64,000 nt of DNA, from assembly GCF_006345805.1 (NCBI RefSeq), contig NC_043002.1:26784001-26848000 (forward strand). The letters are read 5' to 3'. Below are positions 26,456 through 39,500 of this stretch, piece by piece (positions within the stretch are counted from its first letter, which is position 1; each line of letters opens with the position of its first letter). Under the pieces are notes generated by a model. It did not search any database. It had not been told where the DNA came from and worked only from the letters and a program-made list of their open reading frames with translations. The position numbers and the translations under genes were made by a program. The DNA comes from Octopus sinensis (lineage: Eukaryota).

Positions 26456-26578
26456 ATAAATGAGAGAGCTAGCTGCTAAATGCTCGCTTCACCTACGCTA
26501 TGTAGATTACAACTATACTGAAATTACATCCTACATTAAATGGCAAATCTTGCTCAATTCAAGAAATTATACGTAAAT
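26289..26578. mobile_element. MITE-like element with ~100-bp imperfect inverted arms around a (TA)n core
   Basis: 26289-26392 is a diverged reverse complement of 26477-26578 (e.g. AATTTCTTGAATTGAGCAAGAT / ATCTTGCTCAATTCAAGAAATT). Confidence 0.75.
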
Positions 26579-26777
26579 CTGTGTGTGTGTGTGTGTTAAA
26601 TAGCTTTCGCATCATATGAAAAGCGTTACATGAAGAATAGGGAAACCTGTAAAACATACACCAACAGCAGCAGCAAGCATGTTGTATCGGTATGATGTGT
26701 TTTCTTCTATTTAGTGTAGTTTAAACCAACAGAGCAACTGAAAATTCCTCTCTACAAAATAAAAGAAAAATTAAAAA

Positions 26778-27135
26778 TTGGCTGTGTGGTAAGAAGTTTG
26801 CTTCCCAACAACATAGGTTCCGAGTTTAGTCTCACTGGGTGGCACATTGAGCAAGTATCTTCTACTATAACTCCGGGCCTTAATAAAGCCTTATGAGTGG
26901 ATTTGATAGACGGAAACTGAAGGAAGTCTGTCGTATATATATATATATATATGCATGTATTTGTGTGTCTGTATTTGTCTCCCATCCATCGCTTGACAAC
27001 CGTGTGATTACGTCCCTGTAACTTAATGGTTCGGCAAAAGGGTTTGATAGAATAAGTGCTAGGCTTACAATAATAAGTCCTGGGGTTGATTTGTTCGACC
27101 GAAGACAATCGACTGAAACAAGTAAAAGAATAATA
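26778..27135 (+). mobile_element. tRNA-derived SINE family A, diverged
   Basis: TGGCTGTGTGGTAAG head, internal (TA)n, GACTGAAACAAGTAAAAGA tail; lacks the GGTGCTCCAGCATGGCC block. Confidence 0.85.
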
Positions 27136-27836
27136 ATTCTAGAAGTTTTCTTTAATATGCAATTTGCTAAACGCCTTTGGTTTTATTTTTTCTTTTGATT
27201 GTGTATTTGTGTTTCTGAATATTTGTTTGAGACGTTGTTTCTCGCCAGTTTGCGAAAATAAAAGGAAAAAGATTAATTGTTCATATTAAATATCTTTCAA
27301 TATTTTCTGTCCGTATTTCCTAACTTGAAATAACTTTGTGTTTTATGTCTGTCAGTAGAGACAACCTAAAGATAGCATTATCCAACGTTATTAAAATCTG
27401 AAATCTTCTGAAATAAATTTCATTTTGATATTTTATTGGATTTTAAATCGTATTTTAAATCTAATAAATTCTTTAAATATTTGACTGTTTATCTTGTTAC
27501 CATCACCTACTTTACAAACAAGCCTAAAAAACACATATGTGTCCACATATATAATGTGATAAATTACTGCATTAAAAATTATGTATGTGCATATATACAG
27601 ACACATCACTCCCATAAATCGTGTGTACTTCACCCATCTTCTCTAGATAAAAACAATTTTTTTATCTTCTCTTTCTTAGAAAATGTTTTTACAAGTTAGG
27701 TATGTATGAACTTTTTTATTATATCTTATTGTAACCTATCTTTTGTTTTACATTTTCACTACATTTTCGATTATAAGAATGACAAAGACGTCGTTAATCA
27801 AAAGACAGGGAATATGAACCACAGGATGTATTACTT

Positions 27837-27892
<56 letters not shown>

Positions 27893-27893
<1 letters not shown>

Positions 27894-28957
27894 AGGGTGC
27901 GCAAAGTATTTGAGGACATGCCTTTTTGGGGTATAATCTTTGTATAATCTTTGTTTCAGAAAATAATAACAGCAAACCTTCAGCTTACTCAAGAAATGAA
28001 GAGGCATGTTATTATTATGGTTATAAAGGTTGAGCATAGCAATTTAGAAATATGTCGATTTTTAAAATTAGCCAGATCTTTCGTCTACAAAGTTTGTAAG
28101 GAGCTAGAGATTGAAGATGGAAATGAATCATCAGTATCAAAGCATAAACAGCATTCTAAACGCTCTGAAATCATCGTAACACCTGAATTTGTCAGAAAAA
28201 TCAAAAGAAAATCACAACATCAGATCTAAAAAGGCTCTTAAACAAACTGAAAAATCCAGCAGTAGAAGATTTAATTCGATTTTTCTGAAACGAGAAAATA
28301 TTCGACCAAGATCAAACATTTAACAGAAGAAATGACAGATGGTTATGTGCAGACCCATCTGCAGTTACAACTGTCATAGTTTTAAGGGTTGTCAGCAATG
28401 AAGGACATGTGATGCCTCCTTACTTCTTTCAAAAAGGCCCTAGAGTTAACTCTGTCGCCTACATTGAGGTCTTGGAAATAATTGTTAAGCCCTGGATAGA
28501 CGGTGCATGTAATGGAAGACCATATGTGTTTCAGAAAGACTCTGTACTCTCACACATGGCTCTAGCAACACAGGACGGGATGGCTGAAAATTTTCATGAA
28601 CACATAACCCATAACCCTAATTATCCAGATCTCAATCCATTGGACTATTACATGTGGAGCGTTGTTGAGAAAGGGGTCAATAAACTCTCCCGTCACACCA
28701 AAGGTTTCTTTGATAGCTGCCATAGTCAGAGTAATGTCCAAAATGAATCAGGACTACTTGATTCGAGCATGTAGATGATTTAGATCTCATATAGAAGCAG
28801 TTGTTGAAGCTGAAGGTTGCTTTATTGAATAACATTATAGAAAATATGGTTTATTTTTATCCTCATAGCACTTTTTGATAAATAAAGTTATCATCTGTTA
28901 TCATATATCTGTTTATTTATTAACGTAAATCTGTTCTCAAATATCTTACGCACCCTG
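27893..28957 (+). mobile_element. Tc1/mariner maT (DD37D)-type transposon with both TIRs, internally deleted
   Basis: TIRs CAGGGTGCGCAAAGTATTTGAGGACA and TGTTCTCAAATATCTTACGCACCCTG; motifs VSNEGHVMPPYFF, YVFQKDS, YPDLNPLDYYMWS. Confidence 0.9.
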
Positions 28958-29887
28958 TATATTTATATACATACATACGTACATACATATATATACATAT
29001 ATATATATATACATACACACATACACATACGCATACATATGTGTAGTGTGTGTGCTTTTGTGTGTGTGTGTGTGTGTGTTTGTGTGTTTGTGTGTCTGTA
29101 ATTATCATTTAGTTCTTAACTCAGAATGAAACAAGCACAATATGAGAAATAGTGTTTATATTTTATATCGTTGAGTACTATCTTAGTGGTTATCTTATAT
29201 GATTGGTTCGAATGTTTTCCTATATATTCGACAGAGGACTCTTCCAGGCAGAATCTTTAACATCGCCAAGAGCAACAGGCAGCGTGTGAGGGAGGGTAAC
29301 GTCCTGCCCAGTTATATCTCATAAACACCAATATAGTGCTCCGCGCATATATATATATGATGAGGGGCTTCTGAGTAATAAATGTTTCCCTACAAAAGTG
29401 TGGTTAAATCCACTCACTCATGGAACACTCTTGCCAATATATCCTTTCAATAGTTTCGAAGCTGGATCCATATGGCTGAGCTACAAACATGCCATCTGCA
29501 TGATCATAACCATTTATGCAACATTTCATGTAATTTCAACACTCCTCTACCCTTCGTTCTTTTAACACCCCCTCATTTGCTATGTTATTTAAGAGTCATT
29601 AAGATAGCCACACTTCACCTAGTCACTCTAATCACACGATTCCTATCAACATCTGTATGATGGGATTTTGCTTATCATATTACACTTCCGCTTTTTGTTA
29701 AACATCGGTCATGTATTATTGCGCATTATAGTCTGGGTGCTGTTTGGAATAGTAAAATTAAAATAATAAAAACTATCACAGAGCAGAAGGACGTTCATGG
29801 TTCTATATGGCAAATGAAAATGTCTAGATTCCTGAATTTTTACCAAATAAATTTTTACTAGGGAAATAATCATGCTTGCTTACGTAC

Positions 29888-29950
<63 letters not shown>

Positions 29951-30060
29951 CATACCTATACATATATATATATTTATATGTACATACATGCACATATATA
30001 TGTATACATATATACACATACATTATACATATACATATATATATATGTATATATAATATG

Positions 30061-30100
<40 letters not shown>

Positions 30101-31155
30101 TATGTACATATACACATGCGCGCACAGGCAGAGACATACACTCACACAATCATGCAGATACGCACCCATATGCATATGTACATACTCAAATACAAATATT
30201 CACATATACACTTGTAGCTGATGTTCTCATACGTACTGCCTCTCATACAGTCATACCAAATATGTACGCACACATGCATGCATGCAGCAGATAGTAACTC
30301 CCACATGTATGCGTGCATGCGCACCAGCAAAAACTTACATATATACTTATATACATATATACGCACGGCAGATAACAATGTGCACATACACATGTACGCA
30401 TCCACACCCACATGCACTCATGTACCACATACATATAGGAATGTACATATGCACCATCAAGCAGGCTCAGGCACGCATACATGCACAGCATACACACACA
30501 GAGCAAGCAAGCACGCACCGTATGCAATCATGCAGCAGGGATAGCCACACTCACGCGCACCGGCATGTTGTGTTGCTAACCGATCTCTCGATTTCCTAGA
30601 CAGTGAAGTACCCACCAAAATCGGGCCCAGCGATGTGATCTTAAAAATACAGATTGAGATTTTTAATTCCATTTGATGTCGCTTCTATATGAATCCCAAC
30701 ACCACCATGTAATTTACCTTTTCGCTATGTAACTAGCAATCCAGTATCCAGTATCTATTTTGAACTTGCTCCATTCGGTTACCTAGACTGGCAGGGCTAG
30801 GTTTGTTTTACGAGCCCACGAAATTTTTATTTGCATGGAACCGAAACACAATATCAGACAAAACATACATACATACATACATACATGTATATATATGTAT
30901 ATATTAATAAAAGGAATTACAACCTTGTCTGATTTTCACGTTTTATTTACAATCTTATAATGATATAATATAAGATAATATAATATAATAAAATAAAATA
31001 AAATAATAGAATGTTAAATGTACATTCTGATTGAACTAGTACTTTCATGCATTAAATTCTGTAATCTTCAGGTTCATGTAGTAGTGGTGGCAGTCATGCT
31101 TCACAATTTTTGACTGTGTAGGCTCCAGATTGCTAGGTTTTGCAAACTGTATTCT

Positions 31156-31211
31156 GACCAATCAGTGTGTAGCATCACTCAATGACTTAAGCCGATTGGT
31201 TTAGGCGTCAC
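31156..31211. promoter_or_regulatory. pair of opposed CCAAT (NF-Y-like) boxes with a CRE-like site
   Basis: GACCAATCAG (+, 31156-65), AACCAATCGG (-, 31192-31201), GGCGTCAC at 31204-11; no linked gene identified. Confidence 0.3.
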
Positions 31212-31351
31212 GCTTTGTTAAACATGTCAAGAGTCCTGTATCTTAACCCTGGCTGAAGCAGCAATTGTTGCGTTATTTTTAGAAATGTTGTAAATAGCCT
31301 TTGTCAGGGATTTTTATATTTCAATTGTCATCATCATCATTGTCAGCACCT

Positions 31352-31358
31352 TAATTAA

Positions 31359-31406
<48 letters not shown>

Positions 31407-31412
31407 ATATAT

Positions 31413-31445
<33 letters not shown>

Positions 31446-31498
31446 CTATATAACATGTATATATATATATATATATATAAACATGTATATATATATAT

Positions 31499-31546
<48 letters not shown>

Positions 31547-31655
31547 ATGTATATATATTATATATATATATATATATATCTATATATATATATAATATAA
31601 TTCGAGACATATATATATATAAACACATATATATTATATATATATATATATAAAC

Positions 31656-31687
<32 letters not shown>

Positions 31688-31699
31688 ATATATATAAAC

Positions 31700-31731
<32 letters not shown>

Positions 31732-31734
31732 AAC

Positions 31735-31781
<47 letters not shown>

Positions 31782-31933
31782 TAATTCGAGACATATATAT
31801 ATATAAACACATATATATTATATATATATAATATATAAACATTATATATATATATATATATAATATATAATATATATAACATATATATATATAAACATAT
31901 ATATATATATATATATATAATATATAAACATAT

Positions 31934-31964
<31 letters not shown>

Positions 31965-32030
31965 TAAACATATATATATATATTATAATATATATATATA
32001 TATATATATATGCGCATAGACACATATAGG
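31352..32030. repeat. long (TA)n array with higher-order units
   Basis: TAATTCGAGACATATATATATATAAACACAT occurs twice; ACATGTAT recurs. Confidence 0.9.
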
Positions 32031-33447
32031 TGCACACACATGTACATATTCACACAAACACTCACACACATAAGATGGTTTACTTAGTTCAATGATGAGG
32101 ATTCAGTTACTTGATCAACTGAATTACACGCTCCTGAGTTCAACTGGATTAAATGTCTGAACATCGCAGGTACATATACCCTTAACACAATTGTTAAGCA
32201 GGCTAACGATGACGTACTTCTAGAATTGCATGTACAATGCATACGAAGGATTTCTATGTTTCCCACAATACTTTTACACAAAATATGTGTTGATCTGTGG
32301 CTGTAGAAAATGGATTCGCCCAAAACCCAACTCAGTAACACCGAACACAGAACCTTGTTGTTCTGTTGGTGACACCGTGCCTTTATACTCACGCAAGTAT
32401 AAATGCTTACTCAATCATGGACTTATTTACACTTGGAGTCGCTGATGACAAGACTCTTAACTGATAATCACCTCTGATTTCCCAATTTCGTTTAAGTAAT
32501 ATATGTGTGTGTATTTGTGCATATGTAAACCAATATATGTGCATTTTTGCATATATATACACGTATGCGTTTGTGTGATAGAGAATATTTGTTCCCGCAG
32601 CGAAAAGAAAACATAGTCCAGAATTTGTCTGTCAGTCTCTGTCTGTCTGTCTCTCTGTCTCTCTCTCTCTCTTTATATATATATATATATGTGTGTGACT
32701 TCCACATCCACGCGGATGTCGTTTTTCTTTCGAGGGCTTATATGCTTCTTTATTAGACTATTTTCCTTAGTCATTGCACGGTGATCGCCATAAGGTTTAA
32801 GCTTATATAAAAATACTATTATTATTATATACATGATTGTAAAAACGGTGCCATATAAAAAATCATTCACACCGAAAGCATACACACACACACACACACA
32901 CACACACCACATATATATATAAATATATATACATATCAGATCTTGCCCACGCTTGACGCTCATCTCTGATTCCAGCTTTTATGATTTCTATTCTTCATCC
33001 TACCGGAGAATTCTAATTATATATCAGCTAATCCGACGATCCATGTGCGGCCAACACTGTCTCCACAAAATTTGATGTGACTAACGATGCACCGGCAATG
33101 TCTACAGCTGTTGGAATCAAAGAATATTCCTGAGCAGACAGCGAATGTGATGGCTGTTTATAACGCACGTTTAACTGCACCTTGTTTCTTTGATGGATCA
33201 ACAACTCTCGTTAACTGAACAGTATGTTCGATTGCCTGGCAAGGAATATATGTTCAGACCATCACAGCCTACAGTGGGTTTTCTATTAATATTGTCAATG
33301 TGTATAGAAGATTCTTGATAGGTAGGTGCGACGATATTCTTGAGCAAAATCTAAGCATCTATAAAATCAGTCGGAAGATTTTCGTACAACAGCCAGTAAT
33401 TCCTGTTCTTGCTGTTCAATCGAGGGTATTGCTAGTTCCCGACAAAA

Positions 33448-33687
33448 GGTATAAGGCGGCGAGCTGGCGGAAACGTTAGCACGCCGGGCGAAATGCGTAG
33501 CCGTATTTCGTCTGTCGTTACGTTCTGAGTTCAAATTCCGCCGAGGTCGACTTTGCCTTTCATCCTTTCGTGGTCGATAAATTAAGTACCAGTTACGCAT
33601 TGGAGTCGATGTAATCGACTTAATACCTGTGTTTGTCCTTGTTTGTCCCCTCTGTGTTTAGCACCTTGTGGGTAGCAAAGAAATAGT
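33448..33687 (+). mobile_element. SINE family B with a perfect 21-bp target-site duplication
   Basis: TATTGCTAGTTCCCGACAAAA at 33427-33447 and 33688-33708 flanks a full-length copy. Confidence 0.93.
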
Positions 33688-34328
33688 TATTGCTAGTTCC
33701 CGACAAAATCTAGAAGCAAGTTTATGCAATATCTATTTGAGATATGTTAAGAATAACTGAATGTTGCTGCACCTACTCGTACTCTGACTGAGCATCATTG
33801 ATTTGCGTAGTGCGTGAAATAGGAGTTTGGAGTGAAAGACTTACCGCTGCTATGAACAAAAGAGAATTTTCTCTGTTTGTTGGCAATAGGAAAGCGATTA
33901 TATGGTACAACATAGAAAAGAACGAGGAGAGATAAATACTCTTTTGGACAAACTCTGATGAAATTTTAAGATTTTTTTAGACGTAAGTTGAAATACATGT
34001 ACAAACAATGACTAGATTTCTTAAAAGTAGGTGATGGAGTCGAGTATGAACCCATTGTGATTATATAGCGAGGAAACTATGAATAGGCCACGTGTCCTTG
34101 GTTGTCAATGTAATCCGGTGATCTGTAGTCTCTCTGACTGACTCTGCCTTACTGACATCCTACGAAGAAGTTTAATTTAATTTTTTATATGGTTTTCTTT
34201 TTTTACATGCATACTGTTTTTATAATGAATCCTGCGAAAATTCCTACTGTTTCAGTAATTTGTTTACTTAATGTCACTTCATTCGTCGTCTTGTGATAAT
34301 AAAGAATTTATTATCATCATCATCATCA

Positions 34329-34460
34329 TTCTTCTTCTTCTTCTTCTTCTTCTTCTTCTTCTTCTTCTTCTTCTTCTTCTTCTTCTTCTTCTTCTTCTTC
34401 TTCTTCTTCTTCTTCTTCTTCTTCTTCTTCTTCTTCTTCTTCTTCTTCTTCTTCTTCTTC
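34329..34460. repeat. pure (TTC)n/(GAA)n triplet tract
   Basis: ~130 bp of uninterrupted TTC preceded by (ATC)n. Confidence 0.95.
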
Positions 34461-34729
34461 CTCTCCTCCTCCTTCTTCTTCTTATTTTGACTTGAAGGAT
34501 ATAACTATAGTTGCTTGTCAGAAAGTATTAGATCATCTTTATTAATGTACATGGAAGCTTACCGAATTATCGAATGGTGTGGCAATCTTCAAAGAATATG
34601 TACAAATTCTTTTCTTACTGTTTTCTGGACCATGTACTTATTTCTCTTTAGATGCAATGCTTAATGCTTTTATAAATGTGATTCTGTAGAATTCCGGTTT
34701 TATCGTGAATGCGCGTAGCGTAGCTTTTA

Positions 34730-35010
34730 AACTTCTGAATTCAGAACAGTACGGCTGTGAATTCAATTCACAACAGAGTGGCACATTGTGTTCTTGATCA
34801 AAACACTTCATTTCAAGTTGTTCCAGTCAACTTAGCTTAAAATATGTATCAGCAGCCTTTGGCGGGTGCTCAAACCAGCGGTGGATTGGGGGTAGGAATG
34901 TCTAGGGACGATATTGTACTCTCTATCGCTGGTACGACAAAGTAACTGGGATAAACCCCGGAAAAGTGCATACTGACCCGTAACAGACTTTCCTGTGATA
35001 AGATAAAGGA
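34730..35010 (+). mobile_element. old degenerate SINE
   Basis: GTGGCACATTGTGTTCTTGATCAAAACACTTCATTTCAAGTTGTTCCAGTCAAC, same domain as 12935-13103. Confidence 0.45.
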
Positions 35011-35086
35011 CAAATTTATTCTTAATAATATCATTACTTCAATAGTTACAAATTTATGAATTCTATAATTGTTATTTGCTTATTTT

Positions 35087-35493
35087 TTACTGCCCACAAG
35101 GCGCTACACATAGAGGGGACAAACAAGGACAGACGAACGGATTAAGTCGATTACATCGGCCCCAGTGCATAACTAGTACTTATTTAATCGAACCCGAAAG
35201 GATGATAGGCAAAGTCGACCTCGGCGAAATTTGAACTCAGACCGTAGCGGCAGACGAAATACCTATTTCTTTACTACCCACAAGGGGCTAAACACAGAGA
35301 GAATAAACAAGGACAGACAAACGGATTAAGTCGATTATATTGATCCCAGTGCGTAACTGGTACTTATTTAATCGAACCCGAAAGGATGATAGGCAAAGTC
35401 GACCTCGGCGAAATTTGAACTCAGACCGTAGTGACAGACGAAATACTGCTAAGCATTTCGCCCGGCGTGCTAACGTTTCTGCCAGTTCGCCGC
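35087..35493 (-). mobile_element. head-to-tail SINE family B dimer (full copy plus head-truncated copy)
   Basis: Junction ...GTAAAGAAATAG|GTATTTCGTCTGCC... near 35262; both copies share private variants. Confidence 0.88.
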
Positions 35494-35685
35494 TATTTAT
35501 TTATTTATTTATTGTTATTTTCTGGAAAGTAACTGTACCAATTCTAAAGTATCAGTATTTGCACAAGCTTGATATCATTCATTCTAACTGAAACAGTAAA
35601 AATCGGATGGCGGATACATTTGAAAATTTTAAAGACGTGTTTAAACTTTTCGTTACTATATTTTGTTGAAATATTACTTTGTTTC

Positions 35686-35736
<51 letters not shown>

Positions 35737-38214
35737 TTTTGTTGAAATATTAATTTGTTTCAATTAATTTTGAAATTTATGAAAAATTTAGTAAACTTAC
35801 TTTATCACGAAGAAGATGGTGTTTGAAATATTAATATGAAATTTCGGTGGAAGATTTTAATTTAGATTACTGTAGAACAGGATATTTGTGGGGGCTCAGA
35901 CAGGTAGTATCATAATTACTATTTCAATAGAGGCTATAATTACTTTACATTTCGGCTTATATCAACACTTTATAATAATTTAAGGTGATTTATAAATATT
36001 GCCAGTTCTTAGGAGGAAAATTCTAATAGGAACTTTTGTGTGTGCTTGCGTGTTCAGGCGATACCTGGTGGTGCGTCTCTATGGTGAAGTTCCACAATAC
36101 TTTAACATTTTATTTCAAATATTCTTATTTTGTACATATTTTAAAGACAAAAGATAACAATTTTATATTTGCTCCTCGTGGAGGAAGGTATGCCCATCTG
36201 TGTTAGGCTGTGAGATTGATGTAAAGTTTTTTTTTATAATCTTTCGTTTCAAAATCAACAGAAAGACATAAACAGGAATAATAATCTAGAGGACTGATAT
36301 TTGGAAGAGACAGACTAAGTACAGTTGTCAGTAAGGAGAGACGGTACGGGGTTTCGAAGCAACAAAGGTGACAGAAATTGGAAAGATTGAGAATGCCAGC
36401 ATGGTGGAGGGACGATTTGAAGGAATTCGGATCTTATTTCTAGCAGGTCGAGCGATCGCACCGATTCTTCTTCATTTATACATTCCGGTTATACTGGTGG
36501 GATATGATATTACAGTTGAAAGGCAGTTTAATATTGCTGGTACCGTTGTAACAGTTTGATATTGCTGTTACGGTTGACCATCACGTTTAGATATAGCATA
36601 TTTTTAGGGATGGAGACGAGATTAAATTATCTGATATACTATTTTGTATTTAAGGCGGCAAGCGGCAATTGGAATAATTGATGATAGCAGAACAAATTAC
36701 CAGGTTGAGGTTCCCCTATTGGCTTCAGTTAGCTGCTACTTCTATTTGTTAATCCGTTAGTGCCCAACTTATGATAAATCAGACGGAAAAGCTTGCCAAA
36801 GAAAAATAATTTTAAAATTCTAACCGCTCTATCTTTCATTTCAAAACCTATACCAATATAGACTTAAAAAATTTCTCTAGTGATATTTGTCAACTTGGGG
36901 CTCATAAATTTATTTCACATTTTGCTGCGAATTTTTCGTTCAGTAGTCATTTTGATCTGGTGAGTGAGCTTTATAGACGGTAGGTTTGTGCTCTCTTGAT
37001 AAGGCAATTGAGCTTTACTCTGGGTACCATGGAATGAAGCAGTTTATACGAGGAAAGCCTATCCGTCCTGGATTTAAGTTTTGGGGCATTTGATTAGATT
37101 TCAACCGTATATTGGTGCAGGAAACAAAGTGGCAGGAAAACATGTTGTATCTTCAGTAACAGAATGACTTTGTTTAGACTTTCTGCCTCAGGGTGCTTGC
37201 ATCTTTATGGAGAATTATTTCATTTCTTTACCCTTGATGCAGTCATTATCAAATAGGTGTCTCTTTTGTGTTGGAACTACCAGGAAAGACATGATGCATG
37301 TTTTGTTGCTTACCATCGGTAAAGGTATACACTAAACTATTTCTCGTCATAATGACCGTTAATATTAATGGCTTTTAGCGTAATTTCTTTTAATAAAGAT
37401 ATGTAAAAGGATATTTTCTTTATCCCTAAACCCTCATAAAACAGAAAACTGCTATGCCCTGCGTATGATATGTCATGCGTTAAGAATAAATGTGGAAACT
37501 GCGAATTGTTTTGTAAAAATCAATGATTTACGAAGTTGGTTGCAGCTTTTTACTTACTGAGTTTATATTCCAACAAGGTCACATTAATCTGTTGTCAATT
37601 ACTGAATCGATGTAATCGGTTAACCTCTTTCCTTACAATTACTACCCTTGGGCCTAAATTAGTAATAGTTATTTATGGGTGACAATCACTGGACGAAATA
37701 ATTGATGCAATGTAAAATATGCTTTTGAATCCTCCTCGCAGAATTCAGTATAGCGTGCTGTGGCTGAGCTCTTGCCATCTCCTCTCATGCATTTCCTATC
37801 TCATAAATTTCCTCTCTTTCTGTACCCTTCTGACCTATACTAACCTCCTTAAAAATTTTCTCCCTTTACACACTTATATTTTACCTAACATACGAGAAAA
37901 TATTTAATCCTGTTTTTGTTTAGTCTGTGATTTCTGTGTGTTTATTTTACCATTTCGTTGAACTCAGAGTATAGCTCCTTTCAAAAAATTATCTATTCTT
38001 ATGGAAATTATGGATAGAATAAATGAAATTTAGTATTTTTTTTAAATGCCTCTTTGTTACTCTTGGGCTTTTGTTTTGGTATTCTTTCTTAACTTTACAA
38101 TTACAATTGTTTTTTCTTCAACTGAATGATGTTGTACAACAGTTCTTTGTTTGGATATTTCACGCTGTTTCTCCATCAGTCTTTCACTAATTTCTCACCG
38201 CTCCTCTGGTGTAT

Positions 38215-38247
<33 letters not shown>

Positions 38248-39465
38248 TGTTTGTCTCACTTCCTCTTTCCCTGGATATCCCGCCATTAGTCTAACCGTCT
38301 GTATACATGTCTGTCTCTCTCTGATCTCACTTTCTCCCTCAATTCTCTCTCTGTGGTCTTTTAGTTTGCTTGTTTCTCTCGTAGTATGCCTGTCTATTTG
38401 TCTGTCTCACATCTTTATCTTTTTTTCTCTCTCTCATTCATCTCTTTCTTTCGTGTTCTTTCATCCTCTCATATCTCTGTCTCCTTTTTATAGTTAACAA
38501 TATCAGTGACCACTTCTCTAAGCTATGTTATTTAAGTAGGTCAGTAAGTCTACGGTACAAACGATGCACTAGAGGTGACACCTGGTGAATTCGAATGCGA
38601 AGCTCTGCGATTGTAAAGTAAATTACTTAATCACTTGCAAACTGGCAAACTAGTGTTACTAATATTTCTGAAAATAAGTTTCCAGATGCCTTTCCTAATG
38701 TTAATGTGAGCTGAAAACTGGTTAAAGACGACTATATTTCAAGAATACACATACATTTTAAATCGATATCACTTCAGACGTTTTCAAGTCAATATGGTAC
38801 CAAAATACTTTCATAACTTGGAGCCAATTCATGAGAATTCAATTTGTCACTAGAGTCTAGAAATAGCAGCCATATAGCGAGTCAATCACAAGCTGCCATC
38901 TTAGATAAAGGAATCCACCCGACAACCTAGGTTTGATAATGAAATATAAAACAAAATGGAAACTATACACAGACACATAGACAAATGTGTGTTTTATATA
39001 TATATATATATATATGAGAGACAAAGAGAGAGTGGGAGCGAAAGATAGAACAATAAAATAATTATTCTTTGCTTTAGCCGGTTCAATGTTCCAAAGACGC
39101 GGGTAACCATATTTTAATTTTCAAAACGTATCAGCCCGAGAAGCAGAGCCTTCGAATTATAATTGCAGTCCACCTGAGTGACATCTATACTGTTCTCGAA
39201 TTAAGTTGAAATCATCATTATATTCACCAAGCTAATGAAGCCACTTATTGAAGTATTATTCCAGAATCCTAGTAATAATCCTAGTATTATTCTAGTCCTT
39301 AATGCCATGGAACCAAAAACTGGCGTTCTTCCTGATCTTATTATGTTATGTCCTAGAGCACTCTCCTTTAATATTTTCAAAAGTGATGGGTATGCCACAA
39401 GAAATTCATCCCCAGTAATCTAGTGTCCCAAATTGTTACTTCACTAGCTTTATACGTATATACAG

Positions 39466-39500
<35 letters not shown>

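Noticed and set aside
39201-39423. Overlapping ~65-aa ORFs on both strands in unique sequence
   Set aside because: No recognisable homology and weak splice signals.
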